A DNA stretch of 64,000 bases from a virus (Duplodnaviria; Heunggongvirae; Uroviricota; Caudoviricetes). Under the pieces are notes generated by a model that saw nothing but the letters and a program-made list of their open reading frames with translations, ran no database searches and was not told the origin of the DNA. Both the position numbers and the translations under genes were made by a program. The stretch is taken from positions 103,913 through 167,912 of the IMG/VR virus record IMGVR_UViG_3300016476_000468, one strand, 5' to 3'. Shown piece after piece: positions 1-9,988 of this stretch. Position 1 is the first letter of the stretch, and every line of letters starts with the position of its first letter.

Positions 1-186
1 ATTACACAATCGCCTTATTCAAACGTCAGTGGGCGATCAACATTAAAAAGTTTAAAGGTATCCAGCTTCCAGGTGGTGTTACTCTTGACGGAGATTCTCT
101 GTATCAAGAAGCTGTAGAAGAAATCTCTAAACTAAAAGAAGACCTAACTAATAAGTCTGCTCCACTAAACTTTATGATGGGCTAAA
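1..186 (+). CDS. 3' end of an upstream virion gene (possibly gp13-like neck protein); partial
   Basis: Open frame from window edge to TAA at 184-186, directly upstream of gp14/gp15/gp17 homologues. Confidence 0.35.
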
Positions 187-1098
187 ATGTCTACAACAAA
201 TGTATACTTCTCACAGGGAACTCGAAACGAGCAGTACCTAGTCGAAGACTTGATCATAGAATCATTGCGCATCTATGGTCAAGAGGTTATGTACATTCCA
301 AGAACACTAGTTTCAAAAGATGAGATTCTAGGAGAAGATCGCCTAAGCCAGTTTAAGTCTGCCTTTCCTATCGAAATGTATTTTGAGAACGTAGACTCAT
401 TCGGTGGACAAGGCGCATTTATTCAGAAGTTCGGTTTGATGATGGAGCAATCTGCGACTTTAGTCGTTGCTCGTCGTCGTTGGGAGCAGTTCGTTGGTCG
501 TTATGGGGTTACAACTGTTCCTACCAGACCAAACGAAGGCGATTTAATTTATTTCCCACTGTCCAAAGGTTTATTCGAGATCAAATTCGTTCAACACCAA
601 GACCCGTTCTATCAACTGGGTAAGTTGTATGTTTACAAGTTACAAGTTGAACTGTTCCAGTATGCATCTGAGCAAATCGACACTGGTATCGCTCAGGTCG
701 ACACATTTGAAACTCTTAAGACATTCAACACTAATACAACAAGAAACCAGACTGGTGGGGTGAAAACTATTACTATCACATCTAATGGAAACGGATACAC
801 ATCTGCGCCAGCAGTTAACTTAATTAGTTCTACTGGTAGTGGAGCAGTGGCTCAAGCCGTAGTTGTTAATGGTAAGGTAACTTCTGTCAACGTTATTAGT
901 AGTGGAACAGGTTATCAAACACCACCAGTAGTAACATTTGTTGGAGGTGGTGGTACTGGTGCACAGGCTGAGTCTCAAATTGAAATTAATATCGATAAAG
1001 CAGAATCTTTCGGCGACAACAATAAGTTTAAACAGCAGTCTTCAACTGTTCTTAACTTTGATGATTCTAACCCATTCGGGGAGATAAACAATGCTTAA
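187..1098 (+). CDS. neck protein, gp14-like, with C-terminal GNGYTSAP/GTGYQTPP repeat insertion
   Basis: Position immediately upstream of gp15; size close to T4 gp14 plus ~50 aa; repeat motif shared with sheath. Confidence 0.45.
   Translation: MSTTNVYFSQGTRNEQYLVEDLIIESLRIYGQEVMYIPRTLVSKDEILGEDRLSQFKSAFPIEMYFENVDSFGGQGAFIQKFGLMMEQSATLVVARRRWEQFVGRYGVTTVPTRPNEGDLIYFPLSKGLFEIKFVQHQDPFYQLGKLYVYKLQVELFQYASEQIDTGIAQVDTFETLKTFNTNTTRNQTGGVKTITITSNGNGYTSAPAVNLISSTGSGAVAQAVVVNGKVTSVNVISSGTGYQTPPVVTFVGGGGTGAQAESQIEINIDKAESFGDNNKFKQQSSTVLNFDDSNPFGEINNA
750..990 (+). repeat. two ~40-aa protein-level repeats (xTSNGNGYTSAPAVNLIS / VISSGTGYQTPPVVTFV) inside gp14-like ORF
   Basis: Seen in translation; same motif family as the sheath repeats at 3780-4275. 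Confidence 0.6.
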
Positions 1099-1834
1099 CG
1101 GAAGCGTTTACTACCATGGCACTATCCGAAAGGGTATTGTAGCATTCGGGCGTTTGTTTAGTGACATCTACATTGACCGTAAACAAGGTGATTCTGTAAA
1201 CGGAACAACGATGCAAAGATTGCAAGTTCCTTTGGCATACGCACCAAAAGAAAAATGGTTAGTTAGATTAGACTCAGATCCTAATCTAGAAAACAATACA
1301 ATGATTTCTTTGCCAAGAATGTCATTTGAAATCACAGACTACTCGTACGACTCTTCTCGTAAAACAAATCGTATGCAGAAAATTAAGTCTGGTGACTCCA
1401 ACGTTCAATCAACTGTGTACACTCCAGTCCCATATAACGTCGGAATCAACTTGTATATTCTAACAAAGACTCAAGAAGATGGTCTACAAATCCTTGAGCA
1501 GATTTTACCAACATTCACCCCAGAATATACACTAACAATCAACACCATAGACGCACTAGGAATCAAGACAGATATTCCTATCGTTCTAAATAATGTGTCA
1601 GTACAAGATGATTATGATGGATCCTTTCAAGAAAGAAGGTTTGTAACTCATACCTTGAACTTCACTATGAAGATGAACCTGTTTGGTCCAGTTTCTGGTC
1701 AGAATGTAATTACTCAAGTCAATGCTTCTGTTGGAAACAACGAAGACTATTCTAATCCAAATAGAACATACACCGCTGAGGGCGATACGCAAACCGTAAC
1801 TGTAACAAGTGAGAATTGGTTAGACACATTCTAA
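1091..1834 (+). CDS. gp15: tail sheath stabilizer / tail terminator, gp15-like
   Basis: Recalled T4 gp15 motifs: GRLFSDIYIDRK~GDLFSNIQIKR, LQILEQILPTF~FQIVEQILPYF, ERRFVTHTLNF~RRRIEWSLTF. Confidence 0.8.
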   Translation: MLNGSVYYHGTIRKGIVAFGRLFSDIYIDRKQGDSVNGTTMQRLQVPLAYAPKEKWLVRLDSDPNLENNTMISLPRMSFEITDYSYDSSRKTNRMQKIKSGDSNVQSTVYTPVPYNVGINLYILTKTQEDGLQILEQILPTFTPEYTLTINTIDALGIKTDIPIVLNNVSVQDDYDGSFQERRFVTHTLNFTMKMNLFGPVSGQNVITQVNASVGNNEDYSNPNRTYTAEGDTQTVTVTSENWLDTF

Positions 1835-3409
1835 ATGGCTGAGTTTTATAATAATAATCCAAACCTGAAGGCGGCTGGTGTACAGATAGCATTCACACCA
1901 GAGCAGATCCAAGAATATATTAAGTGTTCTCAGGATCCAGTTTACTTCATTGAAAATTATTGCCATATCGTCTCTCTTGACCACGGTTTGATTAAGTTCA
2001 AGCTATATGAGTGTCAAAAGAAAAAGATTGATGTCATCCATAACAACCGTAAGGTTATTCTTATGGAAGGGCGTCAGCAGGGTAAGACTACTACTTCTGC
2101 TGCTTATATTCTTTGGTACACAGTATTCCAACCAAACAAGAACGTAGCTATTCTAGCGAACAAAGCTACTGCTGCTCGTGAAGTTTTGGATCGTTACCAG
2201 ATTATGTACGAAGCTCTACCAATGTGGCTACAGCAAGGTGTTACTACTTGGAACAAGGGTGATATTGAACTAGAAAACGGCTCTAAAGTTTTCACTGCAG
2301 CAACTGCTGCTTCTGGTATTCGTGGTAAATCTGTTAACTTACTATACGTTGACGAAGCTGCTATCATTCCGAATACGGTTGCCGAACAGTTCTTTACTTC
2401 TGTTTACCCAACAATTTCTGCTGGTCAGACTACAAAGATTTTGCTGTCATCAACTCCATTGGGTTACAACCACTTCTGGAAGTTCTGGAACGATGCTGAG
2501 AACGGGCGTAATGGATTCGTACCGCTGTTCATTCCTTACTGGGAGATTCCAGGTCGTGATGAAAAGTGGGCTGAAGAACAAAAGGCGATGCTGGGTGAAC
2601 TCAAGTACAACCAAGAGGTTGCTTGTAAGTTCTTAGGTTCTAGCCTAACCCTAATTAATGCTGATATCATAGCACAGATGTCTATCGATCCGACCATCTA
2701 CCAAAAAGAAGGATTGGATGTTTATGTTAGACCATCTGCTGGGCACACTTATTGTCTGATTGCGGACGTAGCAAAGGGTGTTGGTGGAGACCACTCGGCT
2801 TTCCAAGTTATTGACATTACAGAAACCCCGTACAGAATCGTGGCTAAGTACCGCAACAACGAGATTAGTCCACTTCTTTACCCGAACGTTATACACAAAG
2901 TTGCAAAAGAATATAACGAAGCATATGTGCTGATCGAAACTAACATCAGCGAGCAAGTTGCATACATTTTACACGCTGAACTAGAATACGAAAATATCCT
3001 AATGGTGAACAGTTCATCTACTGGGCAATATGTAGGTGGCGGTTTCGGTGGAGGAAAAACACGTTTAGGTGTGAATACAGACAAGCGTGTTAAACGAATC
3101 GGATGCCATAACTTTAAGTCTATGGTTGAAGAGAAAAAGATGATTATTAATGATGCGGATACCATCTCCGAAATCTCTACTTTTATTGAAAAGAAGGGTT
3201 CTTATGAGGCGGATGAGGGATATCACGATGACTTAGTTATGCCTCTCGTGCTATTCGGTTGGCTCACAACCCAGCCATATTTCAAAGAGCTAAATAATGT
3301 AGATCTTCGAAAAGTTATGTATGAAAAGAAAATCCAGGCTATCGAAGAAGAATTGACTCCATTTGGGTTTTATGATGATGGGCAGGAAGCTGCCCCACTA
3401 AACTTCTAA
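1835..3409 (+). CDS. gp17: terminase large subunit (gp17-like), N-terminally short vs T4
   Basis: Walker A GRQQGKTT; IELENGSKV; GYHDDLVMPLVLFGWL nuclease motif; collinear with T4 gp17 from DIVYFAETYC onward. Confidence 0.9.
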   Translation: MAEFYNNNPNLKAAGVQIAFTPEQIQEYIKCSQDPVYFIENYCHIVSLDHGLIKFKLYECQKKKIDVIHNNRKVILMEGRQQGKTTTSAAYILWYTVFQPNKNVAILANKATAAREVLDRYQIMYEALPMWLQQGVTTWNKGDIELENGSKVFTAATAASGIRGKSVNLLYVDEAAIIPNTVAEQFFTSVYPTISAGQTTKILLSSTPLGYNHFWKFWNDAENGRNGFVPLFIPYWEIPGRDEKWAEEQKAMLGELKYNQEVACKFLGSSLTLINADIIAQMSIDPTIYQKEGLDVYVRPSAGHTYCLIADVAKGVGGDHSAFQVIDITETPYRIVAKYRNNEISPLLYPNVIHKVAKEYNEAYVLIETNISEQVAYILHAELEYENILMVNSSSTGQYVGGGFGGGKTRLGVNTDKRVKRIGCHNFKSMVEEKKMIINDADTISEISTFIEKKGSYEADEGYHDDLVMPLVLFGWLTTQPYFKELNNVDLRKVMYEKKIQAIEEELTPFGFYDDGQEAAPLNF

Positions 3410-3424
3410 TGAAAACTTGTAAAT

Positions 3425-3432
3425 CATAAATA
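3425..3432 (+). promoter_or_regulatory. late-promoter-like ATAAATA box with ~55 nt leader and AAGGAG RBS before gp18
   Basis: cATAAATAaaa 58 nt upstream of sheath ATG. Confidence 0.4.
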
Positions 3433-3489
3433 AAATATGTAGACATAAAACCTGTCTAGAGTAAAACTTATTAAATAAGGAGAATTACA

Positions 3490-5658
3490 ATGCCTTTCCA
3501 ACTATCTCCAGGCGTTGCAGTCGTTGAAAAAGATTTTTCAGCAATCGTTCCAGCTGTTTCTAGCTCCCGTGGTGCTTTCGCTGGTCCTTTTGCATGGGGT
3601 CCAGTTTTGGCTCCTACTAGTGTTACCTCTGAAAACGAATTAGTTCGTATCTTCGGTAAACCTACTGATGCTAACGCACAGGCATTCTTTACTGCTGCCA
3701 ACTTCCTATCTTACACTAATAGCATGCTGATTGCTCGTACTGATTCTGCTGCAGCTAGAAACGCTGTTGCCGTTCAGTCTGGTAGTGTTTCTAATATTGC
3801 TGTTACTGCTGGTGGTTCTGGTTACACTGCTATCCCAGCAGTTTCTATTTCTGCTCCACAAGACGCTGGCGGTATCCAAGCTACTGCTAACGCTCTTCTA
3901 AGCGGTGGTGGTGTTACAGCTGTAACAGTTTCTGCTGGCGGCTCTGGTTATACTACTGCTAACGTTTCTTTCTCTGCTCCACAGACACAAGGTGGAACTG
4001 CTGCTACTGGTACAGTTACGCTTTCTGGTGGTGCTGTAACAGGTATCGTTATCACTAGCGCAGGTTCTGGTTATACTTCTGCCCCAGTTGTTACTATTAC
4101 TGGTAACGGAACTGGTGCTGTTATCGGAACAGTTTCTATTTCTGCATCTGCTATCACTGCGATTTTTATCACTAATCCAGGTTCTGGTTACACTAGTGCT
4201 CCAACAGTAACTATCGCTTCTCCAGGCACTGGTGTTACTGCTACTGCTACTGCTACAATCACTACTGCTGGTGTTAAGATTAATAACAGCAACGACTACC
4301 TAGCAAACTTCGTGAACGGTGCTGGTGTGTTCGGTGAGTGGGCTGCACGTTATCCAGGCGCTCTAGGTAACTCTATCCTAGTTTCTATGGCAGACTCTGC
4401 TACATTCGCTAACTGGGCATACAAGTCTTTCTTTGACGCTGCTCCAAGCACTTCTAGTTTTGCTGCTCAAGTTGGTGGTTCTAACGACGAAGTTCACGTT
4501 GTTGTTATCGACGAAGACGGTCTATGGAGCGGTACTCCAGGAACTGTTCTAGAAAAATACTCTTTCGTTTCTAAAGCATCTGATGCTAAAAAGTCTGACG
4601 GAACAAATAACTACTACAAAGACGCAATCAACGCAGGTTCTGATTTCATCTATTGGATGGATCACCCAGCTGCTGTTGCTGCTAACTGGGGTACTTCTGC
4701 AGCTGCTAAGACATTCGCTTCTCTAGGTTCTGCAGTTACACGTTCTCTAAGCGGTGGTGTTGATAGCTTGACTGCTACTGACGGCGAAACAATGACTGCA
4801 TTCAGCCAGTTCGCTGATGACGCACAGTACGACATCTCTCTAATTCCAGTTGGTAAGGCTTCTGCAACTGTTGCTAACCACGTAATCGGTATCGCTGAAT
4901 CTCGTCTAGACTGCGTTGTGTTTGTTTCTGCGCAAGACGTATCTTCTGGCGACCCGATCATCGGTACTGGTTCTGCTGCTACTGACAAGATCGTTGCTTA
5001 CCGTAACGCTCTACCAAGCACTTCTTACGCTGTTCTGGATTCTGGTTACAAGTACCAGTATGACCGTTACAACGACAAGTACCGTTGGATCCCTCTAAAC
5101 GGTGACACTGCTGGTCTATGCGCTCGTACAGACTACACTAACGACCCATGGTTCTCTCCATCTGGTCTAAACCGTGGTCAGATCAAGAACGTTGTTAAGT
5201 TGGCACACAACCCAACTAAAGCAGATCGTGACGTTCTGTACAAAGTTGGTGTTAACCCAGTTGTTTCCTTCCCAGGTGAAGGTACTGTTCTATTCGGTGA
5301 CAAGACATTGCTTGCTAAACCAAGCGCATTCGATCGTATCAACGTTCGTCGTCTGTTCATCGTTATGGAAAAGGCTATCGCTACTGCTGCTAAGTTCCAA
5401 CTATTCGAGTTCAACGATGGCTTCACTCGTGCTCAGTTTAAGAACTTGATCGAGCCGTTCCTACGTGACATCCAAGGTCGTCGTGGTATTACTGACTTCG
5501 CTGTTAAGTGCGACGAGTCTAACAACACTGGACAAGTTATCGACTCTAACCAGTTCGTTGCTGACATCTTCGTCAAGCCAAACCGTTCTATCAACTTTAT
5601 TACTCTGAACTTCGTAGCTGCTCGTTCTAGCATCAGCTTCACTGAGTTGGGTGCGTAA
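3490..5658 (+). CDS. gp18: tail sheath protein gp18-like with four inserted 40-aa GSGYTSAP repeats
   Basis: Position after terminase; C-terminal sheath domain; length 722 aa. Confidence 0.85.
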   Translation: MPFQLSPGVAVVEKDFSAIVPAVSSSRGAFAGPFAWGPVLAPTSVTSENELVRIFGKPTDANAQAFFTAANFLSYTNSMLIARTDSAAARNAVAVQSGSVSNIAVTAGGSGYTAIPAVSISAPQDAGGIQATANALLSGGGVTAVTVSAGGSGYTTANVSFSAPQTQGGTAATGTVTLSGGAVTGIVITSAGSGYTSAPVVTITGNGTGAVIGTVSISASAITAIFITNPGSGYTSAPTVTIASPGTGVTATATATITTAGVKINNSNDYLANFVNGAGVFGEWAARYPGALGNSILVSMADSATFANWAYKSFFDAAPSTSSFAAQVGGSNDEVHVVVIDEDGLWSGTPGTVLEKYSFVSKASDAKKSDGTNNYYKDAINAGSDFIYWMDHPAAVAANWGTSAAAKTFASLGSAVTRSLSGGVDSLTATDGETMTAFSQFADDAQYDISLIPVGKASATVANHVIGIAESRLDCVVFVSAQDVSSGDPIIGTGSAATDKIVAYRNALPSTSYAVLDSGYKYQYDRYNDKYRWIPLNGDTAGLCARTDYTNDPWFSPSGLNRGQIKNVVKLAHNPTKADRDVLYKVGVNPVVSFPGEGTVLFGDKTLLAKPSAFDRINVRRLFIVMEKAIATAAKFQLFEFNDGFTRAQFKNLIEPFLRDIQGRRGITDFAVKCDESNNTGQVIDSNQFVADIFVKPNRSINFITLNFVAARSSISFTELGA
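3780..4275 (+). repeat. four tandem ~40-aa repeats (G-SGYT-AP-V-I-...G-G) in sheath protein
   Basis: GGSGYTAIPAVSIS / GGSGYTTANVSFS / AGSGYTSAPVVTIT / PGSGYTSAPTVTIA at ~120 nt spacing. Confidence 0.8.
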
Positions 5659-5693
5659 TTAGAGAATAAATAAGAAGAACAAAGGAGAATTAA

Positions 5694-6281
5694 ATGGCAA
5701 ATATTGCTGATTTTAAGTCACAAATGATTGGGGGCGGTGCTCGCCCTAATCAGTTCCGTGTTGAACTGACTTTCCCATCATTCGTAACTCTTGGAGCAGT
5801 AGCTGGTCAGCGTGCACAGTTCTTGTGTAAAGCTGCTCAACTACCAGCGTCTACAATTGAGACTATCCCTGTACTATTCAAGGGTCGTCCAGTTAACTTC
5901 GCTGGTGAACGCACTTTCGCTCCATGGACTGTTACGATCTATAACGATACCACTTTCGGTATCCGTAACGCTCTTGAGCAGTGGCAATCTGGTATCCAGA
6001 ACTATGACACTACTTCTGGACGCACAAACCCTACTGACTACCAAGTAGACTTGCAAGTTCACCAACTAGATCGTTCTGGCGCTATCATCAAATCTTATAA
6101 GTTTGTTGATGCATTCCCAACTAGCATCTCTGCTATCGGTTTGGATTATGAACAACAGAATGCGATCGAACAATTCGATGTAGAGTTTACATACAACTTC
6201 TTTACATCTGGCACTGGAGCTTCTTCTGGATTTGGAGTTAATGTTTCTATTGATACACCAGTTGGCTCTATTCCTCTATAA
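5694..6281 (+). CDS. gp19: tail tube protein gp19-like
   Basis: Synteny after sheath; size; late ATAAATA box upstream (5665-5672). Confidence 0.8.
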   Translation: MANIADFKSQMIGGGARPNQFRVELTFPSFVTLGAVAGQRAQFLCKAAQLPASTIETIPVLFKGRPVNFAGERTFAPWTVTIYNDTTFGIRNALEQWQSGIQNYDTTSGRTNPTDYQVDLQVHQLDRSGAIIKSYKFVDAFPTSISAIGLDYEQQNAIEQFDVEFTYNFFTSGTGASSGFGVNVSIDTPVGSIPL

Positions 6282-6300
6282 TTGATAGAAGGATTATATA

Positions 6301-7887
6301 ATGCAATTTTTTGGATTCGAGATTACACGTAAAAAGGAGAAGGAGCTAGGCAGTGTCGTAGCTCCACCTCCAGTCGACGGGAGTACCGTAATAAACACTG
6401 GCGTCAATGCTGGTGGGTATTACGGTATGGTCATAGACGTTGAAGGCATTGTCAAGAACGAGAATGATCTTATCCGTCGTTATCGTGAAGTTTCTCAATA
6501 TTCTGATTGCGATGGCGCAATCGAAGACATCGTCAACGAAGCAATCGTTGTAGACGAGCAGGGTAAGTGCGTCAAGATGAACCTTGATGCAGTAGATGTT
6601 TCACCCAACATCAAGAAAAAGATTAACGAAGAATTTGAGAACGTTCTTAAAGTTCTAAAGTTCGAAGAGCGTGCACACGACATCTTCCGTTCTTGGTATA
6701 TTGACGGACGTCTTTATTACCAGATCCTAATCGACGAAAAGAATCTAAAGCAAGGTATCGTAGAATTACGTTACATTGATCCACGCAAGATTCGTAGAAT
6801 TAAAAACGTTGTTAAAGAAAAGAATCAACAAGGCGTTGAGGTTATCAAGGCTGTTGAAGAGTTCTACCTTTTTAACGACAGAGGTATTACTGAACAAACA
6901 ACACAGGGTGTCAAGCTATCTATTGACTCTGTTGTTTACGTTCCTTCTGGATACCTAGACCAGAACACTGGTATGATGATGTCATACCTACACAAAGCAA
7001 TTAAGGCTGTTAATCAGCTAAAGATGATCGAAGACGCTTTGGTCATCTACCGTATTTCTCGTGCGCCTGAACGTCGTATTTTCTACATTGACGTTGGTAA
7101 CTTACCTAAGGTTAAGGCTGAGCAATATGTTACGGACATTATGAACAAGTTCCGTAATAAAATTGTTTATGACGCTACCACTGGTGAGGTGCGTGATGAT
7201 CGTAAGCATATGTCTATGATGGAAGACTTCTGGATGCCTCGCCGTGAAGGTGGTAAAGGTACAGAAATTACTACACTTCCAGGTGGACAGAATCTTGGCG
7301 ATATCGAAGATATCCAATACTTCCAGAACAAACTGTATCATGCACTGAACGTACCTGTTGGTCGTCTGCAAGAACAACAAGGTTTCTCTATTGGTCGATC
7401 TGTTGAGATCTCCCGTGATGAAATCAAGTTCCACAAATTTGTTTCCCGTCTGCGTAAAAAGTTTGCAACTCTATTCACTGACGCACTGCGTGTTCAGTTG
7501 GCTGCAAAAAACATTATGCGCCCAGAAGAATGGGACGAGATCAAACAAGATATCCGCTACGACTTCGTAGAAGATAACCACTACTCCGAGTTGAAAGACA
7601 ACGAAGTGTTGATGGCTCGTCTTGCTACAATTCAGCAAATGGAACCTTACATCGGTAAGTTCTTCTCTATGAACTGGGTTAAGAAGAACGTTCTTCAACA
7701 GACTGAAGAAGATATCGAACAGATGCAAAAAGAAATGGATGCTGAAGAAGACTTCCATATGGATATGGCATCACGTGATGGTGAGATTGCAGGCGCTACA
7801 CAAGCCGCACAACAGAATTATTTACAAGCAAACGCACCGCAGGCACTTGAAGCGCCTACGAGCGACACACAAACAGGAGCTAAATGA
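6301..7887 (+). CDS. gp20: portal vertex protein gp20-like
   Basis: RSWYIDGRLYYQILID, YLHKAIKAVNQLKMIEDALVIYRISRAPERRIFYIDVGNLP match recalled T4 gp20. Confidence 0.9.
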   Translation: MQFFGFEITRKKEKELGSVVAPPPVDGSTVINTGVNAGGYYGMVIDVEGIVKNENDLIRRYREVSQYSDCDGAIEDIVNEAIVVDEQGKCVKMNLDAVDVSPNIKKKINEEFENVLKVLKFEERAHDIFRSWYIDGRLYYQILIDEKNLKQGIVELRYIDPRKIRRIKNVVKEKNQQGVEVIKAVEEFYLFNDRGITEQTTQGVKLSIDSVVYVPSGYLDQNTGMMMSYLHKAIKAVNQLKMIEDALVIYRISRAPERRIFYIDVGNLPKVKAEQYVTDIMNKFRNKIVYDATTGEVRDDRKHMSMMEDFWMPRREGGKGTEITTLPGGQNLGDIEDIQYFQNKLYHALNVPVGRLQEQQGFSIGRSVEISRDEIKFHKFVSRLRKKFATLFTDALRVQLAAKNIMRPEEWDEIKQDIRYDFVEDNHYSELKDNEVLMARLATIQQMEPYIGKFFSMNWVKKNVLQQTEEDIEQMQKEMDAEEDFHMDMASRDGEIAGATQAAQQNYLQANAPQALEAPTSDTQTGAK

Positions 7888-8276
7888 TGAATGAAAATAT
7901 CAAAGACCTAGTTAATGCTATGTTAGCCAAAGATGCTAACGGCACACAAGCTGCTTTTCAAGCTGCAATGGCAGAAAAGATCTCTGCTAAACTAGATGAT
8001 ATGCGTCAAAACATGGCGCAAAATATGTTTAAAACTGCTGCAGAAGTACCAGCAGCGGATCCTGTTGTAGAAGAAGAATTAAATTTAGAAGTAATTGATA
8101 CTCTTACTGAAGAACAACTAGATGAAGTTTTAACTAAAAAGACTCCAGCAAGCAATGTTATCAGTGACTTTGTTCACAGCGATGATCCACGATTTGAAGG
8201 TAAGTCTAAAAAAGAACGCATCAAGATGGCTCTTGGTGCATACTACGCTAAACACCCAGAGAAATCTAAGAAGTAA
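7884..8276 (+). CDS. small acidic protein, possible prohead core protein
   Basis: Position between portal and prohead protease as gp67/gp68 in T4. Confidence 0.3.
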   Translation: MMNENIKDLVNAMLAKDANGTQAAFQAAMAEKISAKLDDMRQNMAQNMFKTAAEVPAADPVVEEELNLEVIDTLTEEQLDEVLTKKTPASNVISDFVHSDDPRFEGKSKKERIKMALGAYYAKHPEKSKK

Positions 8277-8821
8277 TGTATTACAAAGATTTTACCGATA
8301 CAATTAAAAGACCTGGTGTTGTTGAAAGCATCAGAAGTTATCTTCAACTTATTGAAAAGTTAGAGGATGGTAAAGTCTACATCAATGGAATTGAAACTAA
8401 GTTTGATAGTTTGGAAGAAGCTAGACAGTACGTTAAACAAGATTATATTTCACATCAATTAGAAGAACAAGTATCAAAAGACTTATACGAAGAAATATCT
8501 GACAGTAAAGTAGCTAGCATTATTAGAGAATATTACGAAATCAAAGTCACAGATACGCTTATCGAAAGTTATATTAAACTAGCTTCTTCCAACATTTTTA
8601 CAATAGATCCTGTGGTTCAAAGAATTCGTCAGTTGAACAGGCTAGACACTATCGTTGAAGGTAAGATTCACTATGTGCTTGAGGACGATTCTATCATCGC
8701 AATCACAGAAGAAACGCAAGATCGCCTAAATAAATTATTGTCGAATCAAACAGAGATTATCGAGTACATGAGAGAAAGCAGCAGCAATTTCCTTCATGTT
8801 CTTGAACAACTAGAGGAATAA
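8276..8821 (+). CDS. hypothetical protein (possible prohead core protein)
   Basis: ORF, synteny. Confidence 0.3.
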   Translation: MYYKDFTDTIKRPGVVESIRSYLQLIEKLEDGKVYINGIETKFDSLEEARQYVKQDYISHQLEEQVSKDLYEEISDSKVASIIREYYEIKVTDTLIESYIKLASSNIFTIDPVVQRIRQLNRLDTIVEGKIHYVLEDDSIIAITEETQDRLNKLLSNQTEIIEYMRESSSNFLHVLEQLEE

Positions 8822-8823
8822 AA

Positions 8824-9285
8824 ATGGCTGTCACTTTCACAACAACCAAAAATACAAACCAAGAGACTGTGATTCATTTCGCATCTTCTGCTATAGAAAC
8901 AGGCACTATCACTATTGCTGATCTAACCGCACCAACACAAGAAAGAAACTCTGACGCCCCAAAGGTTGATATTGTTAAATTTGTATGCTCTGGTGAAGTT
9001 GGATCACACGTTAGAATTGATCGTAATAGCAAGCGTGTTATTTCTTGTTCTCCTGAGAACGATGTAAACATTGAATTTAATACAGTGGGTATCCCTGTTA
9101 ATAATGACAACACTTCTGACATTGTTATTGATAATCACTCAGCAAAAGATGTGACTGGTTGGTTAGTTTTGCGTAAATTGGCTGGATGGAACACTAAAGT
9201 TGAAACTGCTACTTACGGTTCTTACGATGATGTTACACGTGTTGGCGCTTCTACAACAGTATCAGGCTCACCAGATAAGGTATAA
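8824..9285 (+). CDS. hypothetical virion-module protein
   Basis: ORF with RBS, synteny. Confidence 0.3.
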   Translation: MAVTFTTTKNTNQETVIHFASSAIETGTITIADLTAPTQERNSDAPKVDIVKFVCSGEVGSHVRIDRNSKRVISCSPENDVNIEFNTVGIPVNNDNTSDIVIDNHSAKDVTGWLVLRKLAGWNTKVETATYGSYDDVTRVGASTTVSGSPDKV

Positions 9286-9288
9286 GAT

Positions 9289-9942
9289 ATGAAACTAATC
9301 AGAGAAGATATTCAAGAAGCCAAGCTGATCGTTGAAGAAAAGCTAGGTAAAGGAAAACAATACTTCATCGAAGGCGTTTTCCTGCAATCCAACATTCAAA
9401 ACCGTAACAAGCGTATGTACCCAGAGCATGTTATGGATAAAGAAGTTGCACGTTATATGCAAGAACAAGTTAAAAATAACCGTGCATATGGCGAACTTGG
9501 TCACCCAGACACTCCATCTATTAACTTGGATCGTGTTTCCCACCTTATCGTAGACCTACGCAAAGAAGGTACAAACTATATCGGTAAGGCAAAGATTTTA
9601 GAAACTCCAATGGGTAATATCGCTCGTGGTCTATTAGATGGCGGCGCAAACCTTGGTGTTTCTTCAAGAGCACTTGGATCTCTTCAACTAAACAAAGAAG
9701 GGGTCAATGTTGTTCAGGATGACTTTATGTTGTCCACTGCTGCGGACATCGTAGCAGACCCATCTGCCCCAGACGCTTTCGTTCGTGGCATCATGGAAAA
9801 CAAAGAGTGGATCTATATTGATGGAAAGTTTGTGGAGCAACACATTGAAGCTACTAAGGCTTCTATTAGAAAGGCTTCTACTCGCCAATTAGAGGAAGCT
9901 AAATTGCACGCTTTCCAAAGTTTTCTGAGTAAAATCAGATAA
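9289..9942 (+). CDS. gp21: prohead core protease gp21-like
   Basis: YGELGHPDTPSINLDRVSH and GGANLGVSSRALGSL match T4 gp21 motifs. Confidence 0.85.
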   Translation: MKLIREDIQEAKLIVEEKLGKGKQYFIEGVFLQSNIQNRNKRMYPEHVMDKEVARYMQEQVKNNRAYGELGHPDTPSINLDRVSHLIVDLRKEGTNYIGKAKILETPMGNIARGLLDGGANLGVSSRALGSLQLNKEGVNVVQDDFMLSTAADIVADPSAPDAFVRGIMENKEWIYIDGKFVEQHIEATKASIRKASTRQLEEAKLHAFQSFLSKIR

Positions 9943-9988
9943 ATAATAAATAATTTAATAGAACTAATCCAGTTACAGGAGATAACGA

